The notes beneath the pieces were generated by a model that did not search any database, had not been told where the DNA came from, and saw only the letters and a program-made list of their open reading frames with translations. This document shows, one piece after another, positions 39,635-48,699 of a stretch of 64,000 nucleotides of DNA. The position numbers were made by a program, and so were the translations under genes. The DNA lies in the NCBI GenBank assembly GCA_050747865.1, contig JBOGJI010000236.1, positions 11,120 through 75,119 of the forward strand. Direction: 5' to 3'. Source of the stretch: Thermoanaerobaculia bacterium. GTDB taxonomy: Bacteria; Acidobacteriota; Thermoanaerobaculia; Multivoradales; JAHEKO01. Numbering within the stretch: position 1 is the stretch's first letter; every line of letters starts with the position of its first letter.

Positions 39635-41053
39635 ATGCGTCGGCGCTTCCGGCCCCCGGTCTCCAGGCGCCCGACCACGCGCCTCCGGCGCGTGGTGCCC
39701 GCGGCGCTCCTGGCCCTGGGACTGTTCGTCGCCCTTGACCTCAGCCTGTTCGGCTGGCTCATCTTCCGTTCCCTCTCCCAGCATGAGATCGAGCGCGTCT
39801 TGCTCGACACCCGGGAGCAGGCCGAGGACCTGGCCGAGCGCATCGCCGACCGCGCCGAGCGGACCGGACAAGACATCTACACGGCGATCGCGGTGGAGCG
39901 CGAGACCCGCTCCTACTTGAACTCCATCCTGCAGCAGCGGGATCTGGTGCAGAGGATCGAGGTCACCGACGAGAACGACGTGCTGGTCTACAAGGCGGAC
40001 GTCTACGCGACCATCCCCAACCCCGAGGCGCCCAGCCCCGGGACGCCCAGCCGGGAGCTGCCCGGCCAGCTCGAGACCGAGACCGTGGAGCGGACCACGA
40101 CCTACCCGCTGGAGGTGCCGATCGGGGACATCGGCATGATCCGCATTGGCATCAGCCAGCACGAGCTGGAGGAGCGGATCGACGTGCTGCGGCGCGCCCT
40201 GGTGCGCCAGGCCGGCGTCATCGCCGCGGTCACCCTGCTCGCCCTGATCCTGGGCGGCGTGGCTTTCGGCTGGCTGTGGCGCCGCACGCAGCGCGCCGAG
40301 GAGACGGCGCGCGAGCGCGAGCGCCTCGCCTATCTCGGCACCCTGGCCTCGGGACTGGCGCACGAGATCCGCAACCCGCTGAACTCGCTGAGCCTCAACA
40401 TGCAGCTCATCGAGGAGGAGGTCGGCGAGGTCCACGCCCCCGGGGAGCCGGCCGGCCGCCGCGGCCTGCTGGCCATCACCCGGTCCGAGCTCGCCCGCCT
40501 GGAGCGGCTGGTCAGCGACTTCCTGGCCTACGCCAGGCCGCCGGAGCTGCGGCCCGAGGTGGTCGCGGCCGCGGATCTGATGGAGCGCGCCCGCCAGGTC
40601 CTGGCGGCGCAGATCGCCGAGCGTGGCGCCAAGGTGTCGCTGCTCGACTCCAGCGAGGGGGCGTGGGTGCAGGTCGACCCCGCCCAATTCTCGCAGCTCC
40701 TGCTCAATCTGGTGCACAACGCCCTGGCCGCCACCGAGGGCACGCCGCGGGCGCCGCGCGTCGAGCTCAGCGTCGGCCGCCGGCCCGGGCGCGTGGTGTT
40801 CCAGGTGACCGACAATGGACGCGGCATCCCCCAGGAGGAGCGGGGACGCATCTTCGAGCTCTTCTATTCGACCCGCAAGGGGGGCACCGGCCTCGGCCTG
40901 GCGATCGTCGACCGCATCGCCCGCGCCCACGACGCCGAGCTCGAGGTCGTCAGCATGCGGGACTCGGGCACGACCTTCCGCGTCCTGGTCCCCGCGCTGC
41001 CGCAGCCCGTGACCGTCCCCGCCCGCGCCCGCCCTGCCACCGAGCCGGCCTGA
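39635..41053 (+). CDS. Sensor histidine kinase (orphan)
   Basis: 472 aa. N-terminal TM; H-box GLAHEIRNPLNSL; N and G boxes (LVHNALAAT, DNGRGIP, GTGLGLAIV). No response-regulator gene is adjacent. Confidence 0.8.
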   Translation: MRRRFRPPVSRRPTTRLRRVVPAALLALGLFVALDLSLFGWLIFRSLSQHEIERVLLDTREQAEDLAERIADRAERTGQDIYTAIAVERETRSYLNSILQQRDLVQRIEVTDENDVLVYKADVYATIPNPEAPSPGTPSRELPGQLETETVERTTTYPLEVPIGDIGMIRIGISQHELEERIDVLRRALVRQAGVIAAVTLLALILGGVAFGWLWRRTQRAEETARERERLAYLGTLASGLAHEIRNPLNSLSLNMQLIEEEVGEVHAPGEPAGRRGLLAITRSELARLERLVSDFLAYARPPELRPEVVAAADLMERARQVLAAQIAERGAKVSLLDSSEGAWVQVDPAQFSQLLLNLVHNALAATEGTPRAPRVELSVGRRPGRVVFQVTDNGRGIPQEERGRIFELFYSTRKGGTGLGLAIVDRIARAHDAELEVVSMRDSGTTFRVLVPALPQPVTVPARARPATEPA

Positions 41054-41056
41054 AAC

Positions 41057-41896
41057 TCATCCAGGTTGGAAGCCGGCCGCGCGCTCGACCGCGGCCGCGA
41101 AGCGGCAGGGGCACTCCCAGTGCAGGCCGTGCGAGCATCCCGGAACGATCTCCAGGTGCGCCAGGGGCAGGGCGGCGGCCATCTGGTGCGCGTGGGTCGC
41201 AGGGAAGAGTCCGTCGTGCTCTCCCCAGACGAGGCCGGTGGGCACCGCCAGGCTCGCCAGGTCGCCGCGGGTGAAGGTGTCTTCCTCGCGGGTCCGCTCC
41301 AGGATCGAACGGACCGCCGGGGAGCGGTAGGCATCGAGGAAGGCGCCGCGGGACCAGCGCAGCACGACGGGCGGGCGGAGGAAGATCGCCCGGTAGAGCC
41401 GGTCCACGTCGTCCCGGGTTCGCAGCGTCACCAGCGTGCGCACGTGGTCCCAATCCTGATCGTGCCAGCCCGCCGAGTCGATGAGGACGAGCCGCTCCAC
41501 CAGCTTCGGCCTGTCGAGGGCCAGCCGCGCCGCCATCCAGCCCCCCAGGCTCATCCCCAGGACCGTCACCGGCGGCCGGAGATCCAGGGCCGGGAGCAGC
41601 GCCGCCAGGACGTCGGCGGCCTCGGCGACCTGGACCGCCGGCAGGGGACCGGAAGTGCCGCCGAGCGCGGACAGCTCGGGCACGATCAGGCGCCGGCACC
41701 GCCGGAAGCGGCGCAGCAACGCCATCCAGCTCGCCGCGGTGGCGCCGAGGCCGTGCAGCAGCAGCCACGGCGGCGCCTCCCGTGGGCCCAGCTCGTACAC
41801 GGCCATCCGGTAGCGCCCGGCGTCCACTCGGCGGCGCCGGGCGCCGACTCCCCGCAGCCAGACCCGGGTCCAGTGCGAATACAGGCGCAGGAGCAT
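41057..41896 (-). CDS. Alpha/beta-hydrolase fold protein
   Basis: ~280 aa from the ATG at 41896 (MLLRLYSHW). Nucleophile elbow GMSLGG; C-terminal catalytic HG (SHGLH). Confidence 0.65.
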   Translation of the reverse strand: MLLRLYSHWTRVWLRGVGARRRRVDAGRYRMAVYELGPREAPPWLLLHGLGATAASWMALLRRFRRCRRLIVPELSALGGTSGPLPAVQVAEAADVLAALLPALDLRPPVTVLGMSLGGWMAARLALDRPKLVERLVLIDSAGWHDQDWDHVRTLVTLRTRDDVDRLYRAIFLRPPVVLRWSRGAFLDAYRSPAVRSILERTREEDTFTRGDLASLAVPTGLVWGEHDGLFPATHAHQMAAALPLAHLEIVPGCSHGLHWECPCRFAAAVERAAGFQPG

Positions 41897-41929
41897 GAAG
41901 GCGGATCGTAACGGAGATACGATCCGCCG

Positions 41930-43888
41930 ATGGCCGCACGTACCACCCGCTGGGCCCTGGCCGCGGTGCTGCTCCTCGGCGGCCTCCTCCGCTTCACGGC
42001 GCTCGACTACGGGTTGCCGCGCACCGATCTCGGCACCGACGAGCAGATCACGCGCATGCGCGTCCTCCACGGCACGGACACCGGGCGTCTGGTGACGCCG
42101 AAGTACAACTGGCCGCAGCTCAACATCTATGCCTCGCGAACCGCGATCCGCGTCGCGCGCTGGATCGAGAGCCTGCTGGGCGTCGAGGCCCACAACGTGT
42201 TGTGGATCGGGCGCGCGTACACGGCGGTCCTCGGCATGCTGACGCTGGGTCTGGTCTACCTGGTCGGCAGGCGGCTGTTCGACCCCGCGGTGGGCGTGGC
42301 GAGCGCCGGCTTGCTGGCGGTCATGCCGTTGCACGCCAACCGCTCCCGGCTGTGGGTGCCGGACGTCCCCATGACAGCCGCCTACGCCCTCGCCCTGCTG
42401 GCCGCCGTGTGGGCGCTGGAGCGGCCCTCCTGGAGGCGCTTCGCGCTGGCGGGGGTGGCGATCGGGCTGGCTGCCGCCTTCAAGTACAACGGCGCCGGGG
42501 CCTGCCTGGCGCTGGTCCTCGCCGCTGCGATCGCGGCGCGCGCTGCCGGGGGCCTCCGCTCATGGGCCGTGGCGCTCGGCCGGCTGACCGCGGCGGCGCT
42601 GACGTCGATCGCCGTCTTCGTAGCCTGCGATCCTCCAGTGGTGGCGCAGCTCGACCGGCTGGTCCATGGCGTCACCTGGATCGGCGACATCTACACCCGC
42701 GAGCCCTCCACCGGACCGCTGGGCTGGCACACCATGAGCTACATCCTGCGCTCCTTCTTCGCCGGCGGCTATGAGGGGGTGGGCGCCTGGACCTGCCTGC
42801 TCGCTGTCTTCGGTCTGGTGCTGCTGGCGCTGCGGCGGGACCGGGCGGCGGCTTTGGCGGTGGTGCCGGGGTTTCTCTATCTCCTTGGCTACAGCCTGGT
42901 GCTGCGCAACCCGTTCGAGCGGATATTCGTGCCGCTGCTGCCGCACCTGGCGCTGGCCGCCGGCTACGGCACGGTCGTCGCGGCCCGCGCCCTGGCGCGG
43001 CCAGTCGAGTCGCCGCGTCTGCGCGCCGCCGTCGCCGGATGCCTGATCACGATGGCCGTCGTCGCCGCGGCTCCGCAGGCGATGGTCCATGCGTTGGCCG
43101 CCCGAGGCGGCGACACCCGGCTCGACGCCCTGGCCTGGATGCACGACAACGTCCCTGTGGGCGCCTCCGTGCTCTGCGAGTGGGACATGGTGCAGCCCCC
43201 GCACGGCCGCTACTACGGCGGCGACAAGCCGCCGAATCTCTACAACGTCTCCTCCGACCCGGCCGCCTTGGCGGCGCGATGGGACTACGTCATCGCCTCG
43301 AGCCGCACCTACGAGTGGGTGTACCGGCAGCGCTCACGCCCCGGCTTCGACCGCCGCGCCGCTTTCTACGATGCCCTGTTCGACCATCCGCGCTTCGAGG
43401 AGGTGGCGCGTTTCACACCGGGTCCCAGGCGCTACGGGCCGGACCTGCGCGTCTTGCGCAGTCGCCCGCCACGGGGTCCGAGCTTCCCGCCGGACGCGAC
43501 GACCATGCGGCTGGAGGGGTGGGCCTGGCTCTCGTCGCGGCGGCTGCGTTCGCGCAGCCAGCCAGGCGCCTACCGGATGTGGCGCCCTGGCGACAGGATC
43601 ACCGGGAGAGCGGTCGTCGACCGGCCGGGCTGTTACGAGCTCGTGCTTTCCACCATGGCGGCGCGGCCGTCGGAGCTGGCGGTCAGTCTCGGCTCCCGCA
43701 GCCGGACCTTGCGGCTCCATGGCGCGCGGGAGGTGCGGCTGCCGGCGGGCCTGCCGGCGGGTCAGGTCTGGTGGCGCCTGGACACCGCTTCCGGGAGGCA
43801 CCGCGGAGGAGTGATCAAGCTCTGGGATCTGCGTCTGAAGCGCCTCAGCTCCGACCCCACGGCAGGACGATGTAGTGGGGGTCGGTGA
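41930..43888 (+). CDS. GT-C fold glycosyltransferase (GT39 / ArnT / PMT-like), polytopic membrane protein
   Basis: 652 aa. The N-terminal ~420 aa contain ~11 TM helices and a first-loop acidic motif LGTDEQ. The C-terminal ~230 aa are soluble. Confidence 0.6.
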   Translation: MAARTTRWALAAVLLLGGLLRFTALDYGLPRTDLGTDEQITRMRVLHGTDTGRLVTPKYNWPQLNIYASRTAIRVARWIESLLGVEAHNVLWIGRAYTAVLGMLTLGLVYLVGRRLFDPAVGVASAGLLAVMPLHANRSRLWVPDVPMTAAYALALLAAVWALERPSWRRFALAGVAIGLAAAFKYNGAGACLALVLAAAIAARAAGGLRSWAVALGRLTAAALTSIAVFVACDPPVVAQLDRLVHGVTWIGDIYTREPSTGPLGWHTMSYILRSFFAGGYEGVGAWTCLLAVFGLVLLALRRDRAAALAVVPGFLYLLGYSLVLRNPFERIFVPLLPHLALAAGYGTVVAARALARPVESPRLRAAVAGCLITMAVVAAAPQAMVHALAARGGDTRLDALAWMHDNVPVGASVLCEWDMVQPPHGRYYGGDKPPNLYNVSSDPAALAARWDYVIASSRTYEWVYRQRSRPGFDRRAAFYDALFDHPRFEEVARFTPGPRRYGPDLRVLRSRPPRGPSFPPDATTMRLEGWAWLSSRRLRSRSQPGAYRMWRPGDRITGRAVVDRPGCYELVLSTMAARPSELAVSLGSRSRTLRLHGAREVRLPAGLPAGQVWWRLDTASGRHRGGVIKLWDLRLKRLSSDPTAGRCSGGR

Positions 43889-44774
43889 GCGGCCCCAGCG
43901 CCGGCAGGTCGAGCCAGGTCAGCAGGATCAACCCGAAGACCAGCAGCGCGAGCAGGACGAAGAGCGAACGCTCGCGGAACAGCCGCTCGGGCGACTCGGC
44001 GGCCGACTCCGGGCGCAGGCCGATGTGCAGGTAGGCGCCGAACAGGGCGGCGAAGAGGGGGAAGGCCAGCAGGTACTCGATGCGGTACTTGACCAGGAAG
44101 ATGGCGAGGAAGAAGGCGGCCATCAGGGCGTAGAGGAAGGCCGACACCAGCAGCGAGCCCTCCGAATAGGCGCCGAAGGAGCGCCGGTAGCGCACCAGGG
44201 CGTCGACGCCGACGCGAGCCGACACCGACCGGTATTCGGCGAAGCGTTTGGTGGCCATCAGGAAGGCGCCGCCCATCCAATAGGTGAGCAACAGGGTGCT
44301 GGGCGGCAGGGTGGTGCCGTCCACCATGGCCCAGCCGAGGATCAGCCGGATGGGGTTGTTGATCGACTCGCTGAGCACGTCGAGCACCGGCACTTTCTTG
44401 AAGCGCAGCGGCGGCACGTTGTAGGCCAGCCCGCTCAAGCCGAAGGCGACGGCGAAGACGGTGAAGAGCTTGCCCACGGTCAACGCCAGGGCCACCCCCG
44501 CCGCGAGCAGCAGGCCGTATTCCAGATAAACGACCAGGGGCGAGAGGCGCTTGCGCACGGCCGGACGGCTGGCCTTGCGCGGGTGATGGGCATCGAAGCC
44601 CGCGTCCAGCCACTCGTTGAGCACGTAGTTAGCGGAGGCGACCAGGGCGGCGCTGGCGAACCCCAGCAGCAGCACCCAGGCCGAGGGCCAACGGCCGGGA
44701 CGGAGCAGGAGCACGGCGAGCACGATCCCCGGCACGATGAAGACGTGCTTGATCCAGTGGTCGAGCCGCGCCAT
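43845..44774 (-). CDS. UbiA-family prenyltransferase (decaprenyl-phosphate phosphoribosyltransferase-like)
   Basis: The start is taken at MARLDHWIKHVFIV (track ORF to 44906). Contains NEWLDAGFD..HHPRKASRP (the NDxxDxxxD / HPxKxxRP signatures). The 3' end overlaps the GT-C gene by 44 nt (convergent). Confidence 0.65.
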   Translation of the reverse strand: MARLDHWIKHVFIVPGIVLAVLLLRPGRWPSAWVLLLGFASAALVASANYVLNEWLDAGFDAHHPRKASRPAVRKRLSPLVVYLEYGLLLAAGVALALTVGKLFTVFAVAFGLSGLAYNVPPLRFKKVPVLDVLSESINNPIRLILGWAMVDGTTLPPSTLLLTYWMGGAFLMATKRFAEYRSVSARVGVDALVRYRRSFGAYSEGSLLVSAFLYALMAAFFLAIFLVKYRIEYLLAFPLFAALFGAYLHIGLRPESAAESPERLFRERSLFVLLALLVFGLILLTWLDLPALGPLTDPHYIVLPWGRS

Positions 44775-45015
44775 GGCCAGGTAGTCGATCCAGCTGCCCG
44801 GGGGTCGCGTGTCGCGACCCGCCGGGACCGCGACGACGGGCGCGACCCCCGCGGCGACGGCCGGGCCGCCACCGGGATCGTTGGCTGTTGGGGGCGGGGC
44901 GACCATGAGGCGCGCTTATAGCACAGCGCGGATCCGCCACCCCGGTCCGCGGGCGGACCGTCGCACACCGAGCGAGGTGGCCGAGGCGGCGAACGGCCGC
45001 CGACCCCATCCGCAA

Positions 45016-45045
45016 TTGACGGTAGCTGGCCGCGCGTGGTAGCTT
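45016..45045 (+). promoter_or_regulatory. Candidate sigma70 promoter of the rplU operon (-35 TTGACG, 18-nt spacer, -10 TAGCTT)
   Basis: Lies ~45 nt upstream of a GC hairpin and SD (GGAGG) preceding the rplU ATG at 45088. Confidence 0.3.
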
Positions 45046-45087
45046 CTCTCGTTCCGCCGCGCACGGCGGCGGTGGAGGTTTCCCACA

Positions 45088-45405
45088 ATGTATGCAGTCA
45101 TCGAGACCGGCGGCAAGCAGTACCGCGTTGCGCCGGGCGACATCATCGAGGTCGAGCGCGGGCTCGAGGCGACGGCTGACGACGGCGGCGTCGAGTTCTC
45201 GCGTGTCCTGCTCGTCGGCGGCGACGAGCAGGCGCGGGTGGGAGCGCCGCTGGTCGACGGGGCGCGGGTGAAGGCGACGGCGCTCGCCGAGACCCGGGGC
45301 CCCAAGGTGCGGGTCTTCAAGATGAAGCGGCGCAAAGGCTACCGCCGCACCCGCGGCCATCGTCAGGACCTCGTGCGCGTGCGCATCGACGAGATCGTCG
45401 CCTGA
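45088..45405 (+). CDS. rplU: 50S ribosomal protein L21
   Basis: 105 aa. [14 protein letters not shown]... is the canonical L21 sequence. Confidence 0.95.
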   Translation: MYAVIETGGKQYRVAPGDIIEVERGLEATADDGGVEFSRVLLVGGDEQARVGAPLVDGARVKATALAETRGPKVRVFKMKRRKGYRRTRGHRQDLVRVRIDEIVA

Positions 45406-45423
45406 GACGGAGGAGATCCTGAC

Positions 45424-45681
45424 ATGGCACACAAGAAGGGACAGGGCTCGAGCCGCAACGGCCGGGACTCCAACCCCCAGTTCCTTGGCGTCAAGCGATT
45501 CGGCGGCGAGCAGGTCGGCGGCGGCACTATCCTGGTGCGCCAACGGGGCACCAAGTTCTTCCCCGGCGTCAACGTGGGGCGCGGCAAGGACGACACTCTG
45601 TTCGCCAAGGCGGACGGTATCGTGCGGTACACGACCAGCCGCGGACGGCGGCTGGTGAGCGTGCTGCCGGCCGAGCAGTAG
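45424..45681 (+). CDS. rpmA: 50S ribosomal protein L27
   Basis: 85 aa. [28 protein letters not shown] is the canonical L27 sequence. Confidence 0.95.
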   Translation: MAHKKGQGSSRNGRDSNPQFLGVKRFGGEQVGGGTILVRQRGTKFFPGVNVGRGKDDTLFAKADGIVRYTTSRGRRLVSVLPAEQ

Positions 45682-45719
45682 CGGCCGGGGTCGTCCCGGC
45701 CGTCCCCGCGACAAACACA

Positions 45720-46736
45720 TTGGTCTTCCTCGACGAGGCCGTCATCCAGGTTCAGGGTGGACGGGGGGGGAACGGCTGCCTGGCCTTCCGGCGCGAGAAA
45801 TACGTGCCTCGCGGCGGTCCGTCGGGAGGGGACGGCGGCCACGGGGGCTCGGTCTACCTGGAGGGAGACGAGGGGCGCAACACCCTCTATCACCTCCGTT
45901 TCCGCCAGCTCTACGCGGCCGAGCGCGGCCGCCACGGCGAGGGCTCGCTGCGCACCGGGCGCTCGGGTGAGGATCTGATCGTGCAGGTGCCCCTGGGAAC
46001 CGTGGTGCGGGACGCCGACAGCGGCGAGCTCCTGGGGGAGATCGTGGAGCCCGGGGCCCGCTTGCTGGTCGGCCGGGGCGGCCGCGGCGGGCGCGGCAAC
46101 GCCCGTTTCGCCACCGCCACCAACCAGGCACCCCGGCGAACCGAGCCGGGGGAGGAGGGCGAGGAGCGCCACCTCAAGCTGGAGCTCAAGCTCCTCGCCG
46201 ATGCCGGCCTGGTGGGTCTGCCGAACGCCGGCAAGTCGACGTTGATCAGCGCCATCTCGGCGGCGCACCCCAAGATCGCCGACTATCCGTTCACCACCCT
46301 GGTGCCCCAGCTAGGCGTCGTCGACGCCGGTCTCGGCGGCGAGCCCTTCGTCGTCGCCGACCTCCCCGGCCTGATCGCCGGCGCCGCGCAGGGCGCCGGC
46401 CTGGGCACCCAGTTCCTGCGCCACGTCGAGCGCTGCCGGGTGCTGCTGCACCTGGTCGACTTGGCGGCGGGGGAGGCGAGAGTGGAGGAGGAGCTGCGCA
46501 CGGTGGAGCGGGAGCTCGAGAGCTTCCAGCCGGAGCTCCTGGCGCGTCCCCGCCTGCTGGTCGGCAGCAAGCTGGACGCCGCCGATCCCGAGCGTCGGCA
46601 GGCCCTGGCCGCGGCGGGCCGGGCGCGCGAGCTCGCCGTCCTGGAGCTGAGCGCGGTCAGCGGCGAGGGACTGCCGCGGCTGATCGCCGCCGTCCGCGAC
46701 CGCCTGGAGTCGAACGGGCCGGAGGCGGGCGCATGA
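45720..46736 (+). CDS. obg: GTPase Obg/CgtA
   Basis: 338 aa. Gly-rich Obg fold ([16 protein letters not shown]); G domain GLPNAGKST ... DLPG. Confidence 0.9.
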   Translation: MVFLDEAVIQVQGGRGGNGCLAFRREKYVPRGGPSGGDGGHGGSVYLEGDEGRNTLYHLRFRQLYAAERGRHGEGSLRTGRSGEDLIVQVPLGTVVRDADSGELLGEIVEPGARLLVGRGGRGGRGNARFATATNQAPRRTEPGEEGEERHLKLELKLLADAGLVGLPNAGKSTLISAISAAHPKIADYPFTTLVPQLGVVDAGLGGEPFVVADLPGLIAGAAQGAGLGTQFLRHVERCRVLLHLVDLAAGEARVEEELRTVERELESFQPELLARPRLLVGSKLDAADPERRQALAAAGRARELAVLELSAVSGEGLPRLIAAVRDRLESNGPEAGA

Positions 46737-47356
46737 AGCTGGGACTGTTCGGCGGCAGCTTCGACCCCATCCACCGCGGGCACGTCGAGCCGGTGCTCGA
46801 CGCGGCGCGGGCGCTGGGGCTGGCGCGCGTCCTCTACCTGCCCACGGCGCGGCCGCCGCACAAGACCGATCAGGCGCTGGCTCCGGCCGCGGCCCGCTAC
46901 GCCATGGTGGAGATGGCGCTGCTCGAGCACCCGGAGCTGCGGGTCGACGATTTCGAGATGCGCGCCGACGGTCCCAGCTACACCATCGACACCGTGCGCC
47001 ACTTTCAGAAAGTGTCCCCGGACGCGCGCCTGCACTATCTGATCGGCGGCGACGCCTTGCCGGGGCTGCCGACCTGGCGGAGCGCCGAGGAGCTCCTGCG
47101 GCGGGTCGATCTGGTGGTCCTGGCCCGTCCGGGATGGCGGCTCGACGAGGCGCTCGATCGACTCTCTCCTGACACCCGTTCCCTGCTCGCGGCGGCCAGC
47201 GTCCACCGCATCGACAACCGCCTCTGCGACGTCTCCTCGACCCGGCTGCGAGAGCAGCTCGCGCGCGGCGCGCGGGAGGAGGCGCGCCATGCCCTCGACC
47301 CGCTGGTGCTAAGGTACGCGCTCAAATACGGTCTCTATCAAGCGAGCGATGCCTGA
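46733..47356 (+). CDS. nadD: Nicotinate-nucleotide adenylyltransferase
   Basis: 207 aa. [11 protein letters not shown] (the H/TxGH motif). Overlaps obg by 4 nt. Confidence 0.85.
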   Translation: MKLGLFGGSFDPIHRGHVEPVLDAARALGLARVLYLPTARPPHKTDQALAPAAARYAMVEMALLEHPELRVDDFEMRADGPSYTIDTVRHFQKVSPDARLHYLIGGDALPGLPTWRSAEELLRRVDLVVLARPGWRLDEALDRLSPDTRSLLAAASVHRIDNRLCDVSSTRLREQLARGAREEARHALDPLVLRYALKYGLYQASDA

Positions 47357-47729
47357 CAGTCCGGCAACCACCCCCACCGTGCACGAGATGGTTCAGGAGG
47401 CGGTGACGGCGGCGCAGGATCGCAAGGCCATCGATGTCCGCGTCCTCGCCCTCGCCGAGGTCGCCGACTTCACCGACTACTTCCTGGTCTGCTCGGGGGC
47501 CACCGAACGGCAGGTGCAGGCGATCAGCGACGCGGTGGAGGAACGCCTGCGCCAGCGCGGCATGCGACCGCTGCACGTCGAGGGCTACCGGCACGGATGG
47601 TGGACGCTGCTCGACTACGGCGACTTCGTCTTCCACGTCTTCACCGACGAGAAGCGGGCTTATTACGGTCTCGAGCGTCTGTGGGCGGACGCCGCGGACG
47701 TGAGCGATCGGTTCACCCATCTTGAGTAG
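47349..47729 (+). CDS. rsfS: Ribosomal silencing factor RsfS (Iojap family)
   Basis: 126 aa. ADFTDYFLVCSGATERQVQAISDAVEE ... WTLLDYGDFVFHVF. Confidence 0.85.
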   Translation: MPDSPATTPTVHEMVQEAVTAAQDRKAIDVRVLALAEVADFTDYFLVCSGATERQVQAISDAVEERLRQRGMRPLHVEGYRHGWWTLLDYGDFVFHVFTDEKRAYYGLERLWADAADVSDRFTHLE

Positions 47730-48699
47730 GGCGCGAGGAGGCGTCGCGGAGGCGATGAGCCCGGAGGCGCGCAGCCCGGCTGCAAGCGAGCCTCGAGATG
47801 CGGACGTGTTGACCCGCTACATCGGGGACTGGCCCGCGCTGCGGCCCTTGGCGGCCCTGGCGCGGCGCGGCGCGCCGACGGAGGCGACGGTCCTGATCCT
47901 GGGCGAGGCGGGGACCGGGCGCAGCCGGCTTGCCGCAGCCATCCACGCCGCCAGCCGCCGCGCCGAGGGACCGCTGGTGGAGGTGGACTCGGCGACGCTG
48001 CCGGCCGATCTCTTCGAGGCCGAGCTGTTCGGCTTTCGCGCCGGCGCCTTCACCGGCGCGCAGCGGGACCACGCGGGACGTGTGGCGCGGGCGGACGGCG
48101 GCACCCTGGTGCTCGATCATGTCGAAGAGCTGCCCGCTGCCGCCCAGCCCAAGCTGCTGCGCCTGCTCGCCGAGCACCGCTACGTGCCGCTGGGGGGCGG
48201 CGAGCAGCGGGCCGATGTTCGCTTCGTGGCGATCGCGGCTGAGGATCTCGGCGAGCGCGCCCGCCGCGGCAGCTTTCGCGGCGACCTCTACCACCGCTTG
48301 GCGGTGGTGACGCTGCGGCTGCCGCCGCTGCGCGACAGGCGCCGCGAGCTGCCGCAGCTGGCGCAGTCCCTGATCGCCGAGCTGGCGGCCAAGCTGGGGC
48401 GTGAGGCGCCCGAGCTCGCGCCCGAGGCGAGCGAGTGGATGCGGCGCTACTCCTGGCCGGGCAACCTACGCGAGCTGCGCAACCTGCTGGAGCGCGAGCT
48501 GCTGCTGCACCCGGACGGCCCGCTCGCCCCCGCCCCGCCGCAGGGCGGCGATCCACCGCGGCTGCTGTCCGAGACCGAGCGCCAGGCCATCGTCGAGGCC
48601 CTGGCCTGGACGCGCGGCCGCCAGGGCGAGGCGGCGCGCCTCCTCGGCATCAGCCGCAAGACGCTGTGGGACAAGAGGCGGCGCTATGGGTTGCCGTAG
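47722..48699 (+). CDS. sigma54-dependent transcriptional activator lacking an N-terminal regulatory domain (PspF-like bEBP)
   Basis: 325 aa. Walker A GEAGTGRS; GAFTGA loop (ELFGFRAGAFTGA); Walker B-like GGTLVLDHV (DH in place of DE); WPGNLREL; C-terminal Fis-type HTH. Overlaps rsfS by 8 nt. Confidence 0.75.
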   Translation: MSRARGGVAEAMSPEARSPAASEPRDADVLTRYIGDWPALRPLAALARRGAPTEATVLILGEAGTGRSRLAAAIHAASRRAEGPLVEVDSATLPADLFEAELFGFRAGAFTGAQRDHAGRVARADGGTLVLDHVEELPAAAQPKLLRLLAEHRYVPLGGGEQRADVRFVAIAAEDLGERARRGSFRGDLYHRLAVVTLRLPPLRDRRRELPQLAQSLIAELAAKLGREAPELAPEASEWMRRYSWPGNLRELRNLLERELLLHPDGPLAPAPPQGGDPPRLLSETERQAIVEALAWTRGRQGEAARLLGISRKTLWDKRRRYGLP

